32,000 bases of DNA, taken from assembly GCF_001272835.1 (NCBI RefSeq), contig NZ_CP010546.1, positions 422,809 through 454,808 on the forward strand, written 5' to 3'. Numbering within the stretch: the stretch's first letter is position 1; the number at the start of each line of letters is the position of its first letter. The notes under the pieces were generated by a model. It was not told the DNA's origin, searched no databases, and saw only the letters and a list, made by a program, of their open reading frames with translations. Shown piece after piece: positions 19,833 through 31,764 of the stretch. The DNA is from Mycoplasmoides pneumoniae FH. Lineage in GTDB: Bacteria > Bacillota_I > Bacilli_A > Mycoplasmatales > Mycoplasmoidaceae. The position numbers were made by a program, and so were the translations under genes.

Positions 19833-21608
19833 ATGCCAAATCCTGTTAGATTTGTTTACCGTGTTGATTTGAGAAGCCCTGAAGAAATTTTTGAACATGG
19901 CTTTTTAACTTTAGGTGATGTGAGAAATTTCTTTGAACACATTCTCTCCACTAATTTTGGTAGAAGCTATTTTATTTCCACTTCAGAAACACCCACAGCA
20001 GCTATTCGCTTCTTTGGTAGCTGGTTACGGGAATATGTACCAGAGCACCCCAGAAGGGCTTACTTATATGAAATTCGTGCCGACCAACACTTTTACAATG
20101 CCCGCGCCACTGGGGAGAACTTGTTAGATTTAATGCGTCAAAGACAAGTAGTATTTGACTCTGGTGATCGAGAAATGGCACAAATGGGAATTAGAGCTTT
20201 ACGCACTTCCTTTGCGTATCAACGTGAATGGTTTACCGATGGTCCAATTGCAGCAGCTAATGTCCGTAGTGCTTGACTAGTAGATGCTGTTCCCGTTGAA
20301 CCTGGTCATGCTCACCACCCGGCTGGTCGTGTTGTAGAGACTACTAGAATTAATGAACCGGAAATGCACAACCCTCATTATCAAGAGCTGCAAACCCAAG
20401 CCAATGATCAACCATGATTGCCAACACCAGGAATAGCTACTCCTGTACATTTATCAATTCCCCAAGCAGCTTCCGTTGCTGATGTTTCGGAAGGTACTTC
20501 CGCTTCGCTATCGTTTGCGTGCCCTGATTGAAGTCCACCTTCTAGTAATGGTGAAAATCCGCTAGACAAATGCATTGCGGAAAAGATTGATAACTATAAC
20601 CTACAATCCTTACCACAGTACGCTAGCAGTGTAAAGGAACTGGAAGATACACCAGTATACCTAAGGGGAATTAAAACGCAAAAAACCTTTATGTTACAAG
20701 CAGATCCGCAAAATAACAATGTCTTTTTGGTCGAAGTAAACCCCAAACAAAAGTCCAGCTTTCCCCAAACCATCTTCTTTTGGGATGTTTATCAACGAAT
20801 TTGTCTCAAGGATTTAACTGGTGCACAAATCAGTCTTTCGCTTACTGCCTTTACTACTCAGTATGCTGGTCAGCTCAAAGTGCACCTTAGTGTTAGCGCG
20901 GTTAATGCCGTGAACCAAAAGTGAAAAATGACACCGCAAGACAGTGCAATAACTCAGTTTCGGGTCTCCTCTGAACTGTTAGGTCAAACTGAAAATGGCT
21001 TGTTCTGAAATACCAAGAGTGGTGGTTCACAACACGATTTGTATGTATGTCCTTTGAAAAATCCACCTAGTGATTTGGAAGAATTACAAATAATTGTTGA
21101 TGAATGTACTACCCATGCGCAGTTTGTTACTATGCGTGCAGCTAGCACCTTCTTTGTTGATGTTCAGCTAGGCTGGTATTGAAGGGGTTATTACTATACC
21201 CCACAATTAAGTGGTTGATCTTATCAGATGAAAACACCAGATGGACAGATATTCTATGATCTAAAAACTTCGAAAATCTTCTTTGTCCAGGACAACCAAA
21301 ACGTGTTCTTTCTCCATAATAAACTCAACAAACAAACTGGTTACAGCTGGGATTGAGTAGAATGGCTAAAACATGACATGAATGAGGACAAAGACGAAAA
21401 CTTTAAATGGTACTTTTCGCGTGATGACCTTACCATTCCTTCCGTTGAAGGGCTTAACTTCCGCCACATTCGCTGTTACGCTGACAACCAGCAGTTAAAG
21501 GTGATCATAAGCGGTTCACGTTGGGGCGGTTGGTACTCCACTTACGATAAAGTTGAAAGTAATGTCGAAGATAAGATTTTGGTCAAAGATGGTTTTGATC
21601 GCTTTTAG
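19833..21608 (+). CDS. CARDS toxin: ADP-ribosylating and vacuolating cytotoxin with pertussis-toxin-S1-like N-terminus, 591 aa
   Basis: Single frame from ATG 19833 to TAG 21606 with numerous TGA=Trp codons. MPNPVRFVYRVDLRSPEEIFEHGFL, YFISTSETPTAA (STS), QREWFTDG catalytic Glu region, cysteine pair SFACPDW...LDKCIA, Trp/Tyr-rich C-terminal half. Equivalent to MPN372. Confidence 0.98.
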
Positions 21609-21618
21609 CGATTAAGCT

Positions 21619-24600
21619 TTAACGTCACTGTTTTGCTCTAATGTTAGAAGCAAAGATCTTGTCGACAAACTCGTTGCGCTTGCGGTAACGACGTACTACT
21701 AAATAAGTTACAGCACCAGCAGCTACTACACTAGCTATAGCAGCCACAGTTAAACCAGCTACCAACGGATCTACGTGGGTTAAGAAGTTGAAACTGCCAC
21801 CATTTGCATTCAATTCAACGGTAAAGCCATCTAGTGATCTTTCACCTTGAACTAGTTGTTGGCTAGACAATGAGCGTGGTTTGAAGAGGTCAAATGAACC
21901 ATTAGCACCAACTTGGTTTTCGTACTTAACTTGTAAGAACTCCTTCAATTGTCTTTGGAAGGTACTTTGAATTGGTGCATAAGCATCATTAATAAATGAG
22001 CTGTCGGTAAACAATGCCCCTACAATCATGTTGTACTCATACGGATTGAGTCCAGAGAAATCAAACACAAGTGTTTTCTGCTCCTTATTATTTCCCACAC
22101 TTCTATTTTCTATTTTGTAAGGAATATCAACCGTAGTGCTTTGTTTTGGGTTGAATGCATTCTTAGTTAAGGCAATTCTTAGATTACCACCTTCAGCATT
22201 ATTGTCAGTTTGGGCACCGCCATCACTTACCATAACTGTGTAAGATTGTGCTTCCTGTGCCAATTTGTTGACATCATTTGGGTCATTCAAACCTAAAGAG
22301 CCATTTTGTTCAAGCGAGAAGTCGGCTTTTAAGTCTAGCTTGATGCCATCCTTTTCAACATCAAACTTAATTTCGTCCTTTAAGAAAACCTTCTTGTTAG
22401 TTAGTCTCTCTACATAACCAACCACCGCACCACTAGCAGCTTGACTTAAAACACCACGTTTAGAACTCTCGTTGGACTTCAAGAAGTGCGCTACGATCTC
22501 TCTGTTTTTGGTTGAAAGAGAAGTGGTTGTTTGGAAGAAGTTTTGCGGTAATTTTCCCCTTCAATCACTAGTGTTGAAATACAGTTTAGATTTTTGTCTT
22601 GCTTGAATTACAGCGTCCCTTGAGGCATTATCGACGTATATACCGTTGTTGTCGAACCTAAGTGCATCGAGTGAGTAGAACTTATCCTTTGTTTCAAAAC
22701 GGATAATGTAAGTACTTTGCGCGTTCTTGTCTAAACCTTCTAGGTAATAGAAATAGTTTCTAGGGTTAGCAATACGACGTTGGTTACCAAGGTTGTTAGC
22801 GTTAGTTACATCTACTACCACATAGAAGTGACCATTGCTTTCATTTCCGTTCAAGTTAATATTGTTCTTAGTTTGAAAGTTTTGCAGTGCAGTTTTGAGT
22901 TGAGTATCTTTAGTATCAGTGCTGCCTAAAACATCTTGAACTTTGCGTACGTTATCAAAGTCGAGGTTAGTGCTAATACCGTTGCTGGTAAGGTAATCGT
23001 TAATGCTCTTGTTGAAACTCTTGTCATCAATTTCACGTAACTGATCATTTTGTGCTTTTCAAACAATACTTCTTGTCTGTAAGTTTGCCCGTTCTCAACT
23101 AGCACTTTGGAAATCTCTTCTTCAGTTAATATCTGAAGACTAGCTTGTTGTCTTCCTTCTTAAGTAGTGTTTTAGCTACAGATACAACCTTATCTTCTTT
23201 CACTTCCAAGCGATCAAGGAAGTCATTATCACGTCAGCCACCATCTTGAAAACCAATTGCATTAACAATAATTTCAGCTTTGTTTTCGTTTGCTAAAGCA
23301 TTGAGCTTGGTCTTCATTGTTTTCAATTGCTAAGAACTGGAAGTTTTGTCCATCCCACACTTTAACTTCCTTAGTTACTTTTTGTCCTAGGGTAACGTTA
23401 GCGTAAATGGCCATGGAAAAGTAAGAAGCTACTAACTTTAAGAATTGATCTCAGTCCTTCGGTTCTTGGTTTAAATTAAGACCTAATTCCTTATTTGCTT
23501 CTTGATACCACTTAACTCAACCGGTTGAGTTAATTGGAGTACTTACTTTATTGGTATCTTTATCTAGGCTACTAATGTATTCTTTTACCTTTAGGTAATC
23601 AACTTGCTTGTTTTTAATTTGCGTTAAAACGCTGTTAATGCCAGCTTTTTCACTTTCGTTACTTTTGCTCTCTAAACGTTGTTCTAAATCCTTTACTTGT
23701 TCAGAAAGGTTGTAAACGTTAGTGATTGCATTAACAAAAACTGGATTTAAAACAAAATCTAAGGTAGGTGCTTGAGTTAAAACACCGTTTCTAGTTGAAT
23801 TTAGATTAGCGTTTGTTTTAGGGATCAACAGCTTATCTAAGTTAAAGTTTTTGTAACGGACAAAACTAAAGCTTTGGTTTTGTAGTTTGTAATTTCTGTT
23901 TTCAAACTTAAAGTTAGTTCCAGTGGTGTTAGTGTCAATCACCTCTTTCACTGCACTACCTAACCCAACATTTAGAGTTTCATCCTTGCGTACGTATGCT
24001 TTAAGTTGACTTTCAGCTGCACTTTGATAGTTGGCCTGTGTACTCTTAGCGTTAGCAATAAAGTCAGCTGTTTTTATCGATTGCTGCTGACCATTGCTGT
24101 CGGTGTAAAAAAGCTTGGTTCAAGGATCTAACTTAACAAAGAAAGTAATGCCGTGATTAGTAAAGCTCTTTAAAGGACGGTCGGAATAATGAATTGTTGC
24201 AGGGTAATCTAATGGATCACTGTTAGCACCTAAGAAAGTGGTTTCAAAGTTTACGTTAGGTTTTTCAATGAAGTTACGATCTTTGTTTGCAAGTCACTAG
24301 TTTCTAGTAGTTGTAAAACCAGATTGACGGAACCATAAGAATACTCCTTTCTCTGAGTGGAGGTTGTTGACGTTTTGTAACAGCTTTTCTTTAATGCTAC
24401 CCCAAACGGTTTTGGAAGTTTCGTTTGTTGCGGGGTCAGATTTTTTTAAATCTGCTTGACGGTGAAGTTCACCCCTTTCAATGAGCACTATCTTTTGGTG
24501 GGCAAAGTCAAGGTCAAACCAAGCAGTTCATCTCCATCGATCATCATTGGTTCCAGCTTTTTTTGCACCCCGGTAGTGGGTTTTGTAATACTTGAACTTA

Positions 24601-24833
24601 TCATACCCTGCTCGGTATTTTGTTTCATGTCGAAACGGCGATTTCCAACCGTTATTATTAACAGTGCCCACTAAACCAAAACTCATATCTGACTTAGTTT
24701 AGATGTTTACTTCTTTTATTCCTGGAAACTTGTTACTTAATTTAGAAAAGGAAGATCCACCAACAAGCCAACCAAAACCAGCGAGTCCAGCACACAACAG
24801 CAACGAATAATTTCGTAAACGCTTTATCCTCAT
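21619..24833 (-). pseudogene. Decayed paralog of the 1140-aa surface protein encoded at 25066..28488
   Basis: N-terminus MRIKRLRNYSLLLCAGLAGFGWLVGG at 24833; in-frame TAG at 24297 (after WFRQSGFTTTRN); frame 2->1 shift near 23312 and frame 1->0 shift near 23130; C-terminal TM and basic tail (LVAGLTVAAIASVVAAGAVTYLVVRRYRKR...) ending TAA 21619. Confidence 0.85.
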
Positions 24834-25065
24834 ACGTGTAAATTTATAACAAAAAAACGCCCCTTGGGGAACGTTTTTAAACAAGTTTAATTATTAGTCA
24901 TTTTTATTGAATATTAAATCTTCATTTATTTAATGCTTAAAGATTAATTAACTTTTGCACTTGCTTAAGAAGTCCATTTTGACAAAGAAAAATCCCAAAA
25001 GGATGGCAATAAAGCTCACGCTTTTGGGATCTTCCTTGTGGTTTAAACCATTTTTTTAGCTAAGT

Positions 25066-28000
25066 CTACTTAACTTTTCTTGCTTTGAGCATTTGTTCTC
25101 AGAAGTGCTTACGACTCTTACGTCAGCGGTGTAAGACAACACCACTAGCTATTATTGTTGAAAGTAATGCAGCACTACCAGTGAAAGTAATTGCTATTAA
25201 TGGTCAGTTAATCTTATTGATGTCTTCTTTATTGAAAATGTTTTTGTGTAGATCAAAGGTGAAGTTATCAATTTGTTTTTGGTTATTTGCCAATTGTACC
25301 TTGGTCAATAAAGGTAGTTGACCAGTCTTAATTGGTGCTTGGTATTTGTGTTCTAAAACGGTTTTGAGCTGCTTTCTAAATTCTGTTTGCAATGGAGCGT
25401 AGGCATTCTTAATAAAGGAGCTGTCGGTAAACAACAGACTAACAACTGTGTTGTATTCGAAGTTGTTTAGGTTAGAGAAGTCAAACACCAAGTTTTTCTG
25501 CTCTCTAACCGTACCATCCTTGTTAGTTTTGGATTTCTTGGTAACAATCCAGTAAGGCAGTTTAATAACGGTACTTTGTTCAGGGTTGGTGGTTAAAGTA
25601 ATCTTGAAGATGTTTTTGTCTGATTCTGGATCATCACCTTTTTCTTCTGAAACCAAGACATTGTAACCCTTAGCTTCTTCTACAATTTGGTTAATTACAC
25701 TTGGGTCTTTAACCTCTAAATTACCCTTCTTGTCTAAGGTAAAGTTCGATGTTAAACGTAGCTTTAAATTATTTTTGTCTTCCTTATTAAAGCTCACCCT
25801 TTCCTTTAAAAAGAGCTTTTTACCAGTCATTCGCTCAACATAGCCTAAGATCGAACCACTGACATTTTCACTCAAAAAACCCTCATCATTCTCAGCGTTA
25901 GGTGTAGATAGTTTAGCTGAATTGTCAGCACTTGCTGTAGGCAAAGTAAGTTCAGCGTTGGTGAGGTTAGCCTTCAAAGCAGCGTTCCAGTTATGAGTAT
26001 CGAGATAAAGGTTTTGGTTTTGCTTGGCTTGGATAATTGCATCCTTGGACACATTTTTCACATAAAGGCCACGACTATCAACCGCTAGTGATTCGAGTGA
26101 ATACAGCTTTTGTTTGTTTTCAAAGCGCACTAAGTACGAACTTTGTGCTCCTTTGTCCAACCCTTCAATATAGTAAAAGTAACTCTTAGCGTTATTTGCC
26201 CGGCGTTGGTTACCCAAGTCATTGGCATTAGTTACATCCACTACTACATAAAACTGACCAGTGTATGGGTTAGATCGTAGGTTTAAACCATACTTGTTTG
26301 CCGTACTTTGAACGCTAGCGAGCTTCGGATCATCACTTTTGCGGGCGTTTAACATCGCATCAACTTTATGAACAGCATTTACTTTAATTTCAGTTTCAGA
26401 GATGCCTTGTACCTTTAAATAGTTGTTAATGTCCTTTTGGAAGCGTTCGCGCTCATCGTTCAAATCAGTGCTTTGTACTACAATACTCTTGGTTTGTGAG
26501 TTTTGTTTGTCCCAGCTAGCTTGTTTAAAGTTTTGTCGGTAATGGTACTTATAAGAAATTTCGTTGGCTGCTTTTTCTATTTTGCTAGCATCACCGTTAG
26601 CAATTTTAGTTTTACTACTCTTAGGGGTTAGAGCTACCTTATTGATAAAACTAGCATCACGTAAACCGCCTTCATCTTGAAAACCAATGGCGCTTACAGC
26701 AATCTCAGCGCGGTTTTCATTTGCTAGTTGTTCTGATTGTTTTTCAGTGTTTTCAATCGGGATGAACTCAAACTTAGCACCATCCCAAACCTTCATCCGT
26801 CTTTCCTTTGCGCCGTTTAATTTGACGTTAGCAAAAATGTCCTTAGAGAAGTAAGAAGCAATTAAGCTGGAAAGTTGTGTTCAGGTATTAACATCATCGT
26901 TCAAGTTTAAACCAAACTCTTTTTTAGCATCAGCATACCATTGTGCAGTATTTTCACCCTTGGATTCAATACTACCTGGATTTTGGCTTCAATTTTTCAG
27001 CTTGCCAATAAAATCAGCTACTTGAATGTAGTCAACTTCCTTATTTTTGATTTGTTCTATAACCTTATTGATTGCTGCTTTGTCACTTTCATTGTAAGGT
27101 TGATCAGACTTTAAATGCTCCTTTAAATCAAGTGTTTGCGCAAACAGATTGTGAATGTTGACAATGGCGTTTGTCAAAACGGGGTTAAAGTCAAAGGACA
27201 GTGTTGGTTGTTTGACAAAAACACCATTCTTAATTGCCGTAGCATCCTCGTTGGTTTTTGGCACTAGTAACTTATCGAGCTTAAAGTTATTGTAAGTGTC
27301 AATGCTAAAGGTCGAATCCTTAAGTTTGTACTTTAGCTGTTGGTTGGAGGCTATATCACTCTTAGTGGTGTAAGTTTGACGTACAGCACTACCTAAACCT
27401 AAGTCAATACTGCGAGTTTTTCTAACAAGCGTTTTAATCTGGTTTTTATTAACCCATTGGTAATTAGTCTTGGTACTCTTTGCTTTTCTAATGTAATCAC
27501 TTACAGTAATTAATCTTTCCTGACCGTTTTCCTTGTAAAACAGCTTGCTGTAAGGTTCTAGCTTTAAAAAGAAGCGCGTGTCAGTGGTATGACTACCTCA
27601 ATCAGGACTGTGCCAATTGGAGTTACCACCTTCAGAAGTGATGTTGGTGGTAAAGGCATTGGGGTTATTGTTGGTATCCCAAAAATCGGTAAAAAAGCCA
27701 CTGTTAGCCCAGCCCTTAGTACCCTTGGTGTTAAAACCAGTTTGGTTGAACCAGATGAAGATTCCCTTATCTGGATCTAACCGCTCAGCACTGTAGAGAA
27801 TCTTCGAGCGAATATCACCCCATAAAGGTTTGTTTTTATCCCATTTTCTGGGAGTTGGTTCTGGAACACGCTTGTCAATATGATATTCATCATTTTCCAC
27901 CAAACCTATGCGTTGGTTGGCATAACCCAAATCAAACCAAGCCACCCACTTTCAGTAATAAGGGTTACTTGCTGTCCTTTCGCGGTTAGAGTACTTGTAA

Positions 28001-28488
28001 TATGTTTGGTTCCAGCTAAAGTGAACGTTTTTGTCGTATTTGTTCTCGTGCCGGAACGCTCAAGTGCGACCGTTATCAGTGTGTCAACCCACTAAACCAA
28101 AGCTAGCGCCAGAGTTGGTATACACCTTTACATCTGGTAGTTCACCGTTCTGAATGGAAAGCTGAGCAGTACGCTCAATTTGCTTAAGTGCTTCTTGAGC
28201 GTAAAGGCTTTCACTAATGTAGTTATTAACGTTGTTTAAGTAGACCTCTGTCTTTTTACCGTTATTTCACTTTAAATCAAAGCGCTGGGTAATAGCTGGA
28301 CTTTTACTCTTTAAGATTGAAAGCACATCGCCTTTACCCTTAAGGTAGCGCATGTGAACGCCACCATCGCTTGATAGTGTTTCATTGTTACTTTTAACAA
28401 CGCTAGTGAATGCTGAACTTGCAACGAATCAACCAAAACTTCCTAATGCAAAACCAAAAAGTAAGAATCGGTACTGTAAACGTTTCAT
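25066..28488 (-). CDS. Large putative surface-exposed membrane protein, 1140 aa
   Basis: Continuous frame from ATG 28488 (MKRLQYRFLLFGFALGSFGW...) to TAG 25066 across TGA=Trp; track pieces 27598..27945, 26989..27264 and 25204..26796 are all in this frame. C-terminal TM WPLIAITFTGSAALLSTIIASGVV then basic tail. Confidence 0.92.
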
Positions 28489-28752
28489 GCTTTATTCTAG
28501 CACTTTAAAAATATTTTTGACAATCCTTCTGCGCGTGTATTAAAGCAAATGCTGAACGAAATTGACAAAAGACGCACGGTTTGAACTCAAAAAGCTTTTT
28601 ATGGCGTGGTATTTCACCAAGCATTTCATTCATTTTACCCTCTAAATGAAGAGTTACTTTGCTCTGCTTATCTCAATATAGTTAAAGTAATGTGTATAAA
28701 CGTAGCTAAAATAAAAAAACCAACTGAGAGCAGTTGGTTGGAATCAATAATT

Positions 28753-28829
28753 TGGCGCGCCCAATAGGACTTGAACCCATAACCTTCTGGTCCGAAGCCA
28801 GACACTCTATCCAATTGAGCTATGGGCGC
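28753..28829 (-). tRNA. tRNA-Arg (anticodon TCG)
   Basis: Reverse complement GCGCCCATAGCTCAATTGGATAGAGTGTCTGGCTTCGGACCAGAAGGTTATGGGTTCAAGTCCTATTGGGCGCGCCA. 7-bp acceptor stem and encoded CCA. Confidence 0.95.
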
Positions 28830-28914
28830 TTCTTATAGTTAATTCTATTAAATCTCTGAGAACTGCGCAAATCTTTATTAAAATTAGCTGACTTCAACAC
28901 AGTCGCTCTAATAC

Positions 28915-29139
28915 ATGTCAAAGGATAAAAAAAATAAGGTTGAACAGCTTGAACCAGTAGACCTTTTTGAGCGGACTAAGCTAGAGGACACCCAAGTTTT
29001 AAATGATGTTGAACTAGATGACATCAAGAAACTAGAAGAGTTGAAAAAAGAATTGGAAAACACCTTTGATCCACGTACCAGAATTGAAATTAAACGTGAA
29101 ATCAAAGAGTTGGAACGTAAACTAAGAAGGAACCGTTAG
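28915..29139 (+). CDS. Small highly charged hypothetical protein, 74 aa
   Basis: MSKDKKNKVEQLEPVDLFERTKLEDTQVLNDVELDDIKKLEELKKELENTFDPRTRIEIKREIKELERKLRRNR*, 3 nt upstream of dnaE. Confidence 0.75.
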   Translation: MSKDKKNKVEQLEPVDLFERTKLEDTQVLNDVELDDIKKLEELKKELENTFDPRTRIEIKREIKELERKLRRNR

Positions 29140-29142
29140 TGA

Positions 29143-31761
29143 ATGTTTGTTAACCTCCACACTAACTCTTACTATAACTTCCTCAACTCCACACTTTCAC
29201 CGCAAAAGCTAGTTGACCTAGCTGTTCAAGACCAACAGGTAGCTGTTTGTTTAACCGATCCCAACTTATTTGGTGCTACCGAGTTTTTTTTGGCCTGTCA
29301 AAAAGCGCACATTAAACCCTTAATTGGGTTGAGTGTTACTGTTCGACATTACGAACAAAACGTTAATTTACTAGTAATTGCCCAAACCAACCGGGGTTAT
29401 CAGAACCTAATGTGCTTAGCGTTAGTTAAAGACCAACCAGATTTGCAATTAGAACCCTTTTTGGATGGTAATGTGGTAATTATTTGCACACAAACTGAAC
29501 TGCGCCTCAACACCGCAAACCCCGTTTACTTAGCACATGGTTTGAGTGGTCGTTATCCTAAAATTGCAGTAACACAAAAACCAGTTAAGTGTCAAAACAC
29601 CAATAAGGACTTAACACTGCTCTTAACACTTAAGCAAATTAGTCAAATTAACAGCGAACACTTCCAGCCACTGGAATGAAAATTAAGCCGTAGTTTAAAC
29701 GAAATCCAATTGGATCCACCATTGTTGCAACAACTCCGGCACCAACCTTTTTTAAGCCAAAAGGCAGCACAGCAAATTTTTAGCGAAGAGGAATTGGGAA
29801 ATCTGCAAAAGCTAGTGGAGCAAAGTCAATGAGATTTAACCAAACTCAAAGCGTCATCGTTACAAGTGTCACACAACGATGCACAAATGTTAAGCGAGCA
29901 GTGTCAACTAGCCTTAACTGAATTTTTAAAGCTCAATCCGCAATTAAACAAACAGCTCTATGAAGAGCGGTTAGCCAAAGAATTGGAGATAATTAACTCA
30001 CTCCACTTTGCTGGTTACTTTTTAGTGGTGAGCGACTTAGTTCAGTTTGCCCATAATAACGATATCCTCATCGGTCCTGGTCGAGGATCTGCAGTGGGTT
30101 CTTTAGTGGCCTTTCTGCTCAAAATTACCCAAATTGATCCAGTAGCCAACAATCTCATTTTTGAGCGCTTTATTTCCCGTCACCGCCAGGGCTTACCTGA
30201 CATTGACATTGACATTATGGAAACTAAACGTGATTTAGTAATTGACTATGTCATGCAAAAATATGGCCGGGAACAGTGTGCACAAATAGTTACTTTCCAA
30301 AAATTTAAGACCCGCTCTGCGCTGCGTGATGTCGGTAAGGTATTTAAACACATTGAGGGTGCTGAAGATTTACTGGGTAAACTACCAAAAGACAAAAGCT
30401 TATTGGAGCTTGATGTAAACGGTGTTACTGATCCGGTTTTACAACTTAGTTTAAAGAGCTTTCGCTTGTTGTGGGAGGTGGCGCGTGAAATTATTAACTT
30501 TCCGCGCCAACCAAGCATTCACGCTTCTGGTGTTGTGATTGTCACTGAACCTTTAATTACCACGATCCCTTTAATGGTGGGTAATAACAACAACTACGTC
30601 ACCCAAGTGTCGATGGACTGGTTAGAATGGTACAACCTCAATAAGTTTGACTTATTGGGTTTAATTAACCTCACCATGATCCATGAGGTTGTGCAAGCGG
30701 TAAAACCCAAGGAAGTTAGCGTACAGCAATTCCTCCAACAAATACCGCTAGATGATGAAGCTACTTTTACTAACCTCACTAACCAAGCCACTTTAGGTGT
30801 TTTTCAACTAGAGTCGTTTGGGATGAAAAAGGTGCTCAAACAAATTAAACCGCACAACCTCCATGATTTAGCAATTGTTTTAGCACTTTACCGCCCCGGT
30901 CCACAGGACAACATTAATACCTTTATTGCTAACCGTAACTTAGGGTTTGACACATCAGACATCGATCCGCGAATTTTGCCAATTCTCAAAGAAACTTACG
31001 GAGTGTTAATCTTTCAAGAACAGGTTATTAACATCGCCAAAACTGTTGCTAACTATTCATTGGAAACCGCTGATAGCTTTCGCCGTGCCATTTCCAAAAA
31101 AAACTTGCAAGTAATTCAGGACAACATGCGCAGCTTTTATGAAGGCGCGCTAGCCAATAACTTTAGCTTAAAAGCAGCGACTACTATCTTTAATTACATC
31201 CAGCGCTTTGCTGGATATGGTTTTAACTTGTCCCACGCCTTGGGCTATGCTTTATTGAGTTACTGAACAGCATGATTGAAGACACATTACTTTGAGCAAT
31301 TTAACCTGTGGTGATTAAACCACGAACAGGGCAAAAAGGAAAAGCAAAAACAGCTCTTAAACGAGTTTATTAGCAGTGGTTATGAAATTTGCCCACCACT
31401 AATCAATAAGGCTAAAAGTGATTTTAGTGTTCAAGATAAAAAGCTGTATTTAGGCTTTAAGTTAATCAATGGTATTGGTGACAAGCAAGCCCATGCCTTG
31501 GAACATGTTCAGGAAGTTTTAAAGCAAAACCCCAATTTATCCTTAATAGCTACCGTTAATTTGTGTTTGAGCAAAACGGTAGGGGGTTTAGAACTTAAAG
31601 ACATTACATTGCTCCAACAAGCAGGTTGTTTTAATTGCTTTAATTACACGGTTGACTTTAATTTGGCCAAAAGCTTTTGGGTGCAAAGTAACCATGAATT
31701 ATTTCCAAAAATACCACTAGATCAACCACCCGTAATTAACTGAAAGAGCTTTGGTTTTTAA
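29143..31761 (+). CDS. dnaE: DNA polymerase III alpha subunit, DnaE type, 872 aa
   Basis: Frame joins 29143..29679, 29866..31266 and 31498..31743 across TGA=Trp, TAA at 31759. Contains GPGRGSAVGSLVAFLLKIT, RHRQGLPDIDIDIMETKRD, QFQTRSALRDVGK-like and YRPGPQDNI motifs. Confidence 0.96.
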
Positions 31762-31764
31762 TTT

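Noticed and set aside
24456-28095. Plus-strand ORFs 24456..24674, 27589..27780, 27880..28095
   Set aside because: Antisense to the surface-protein family frames; Val/Ser-rich shadow translations.
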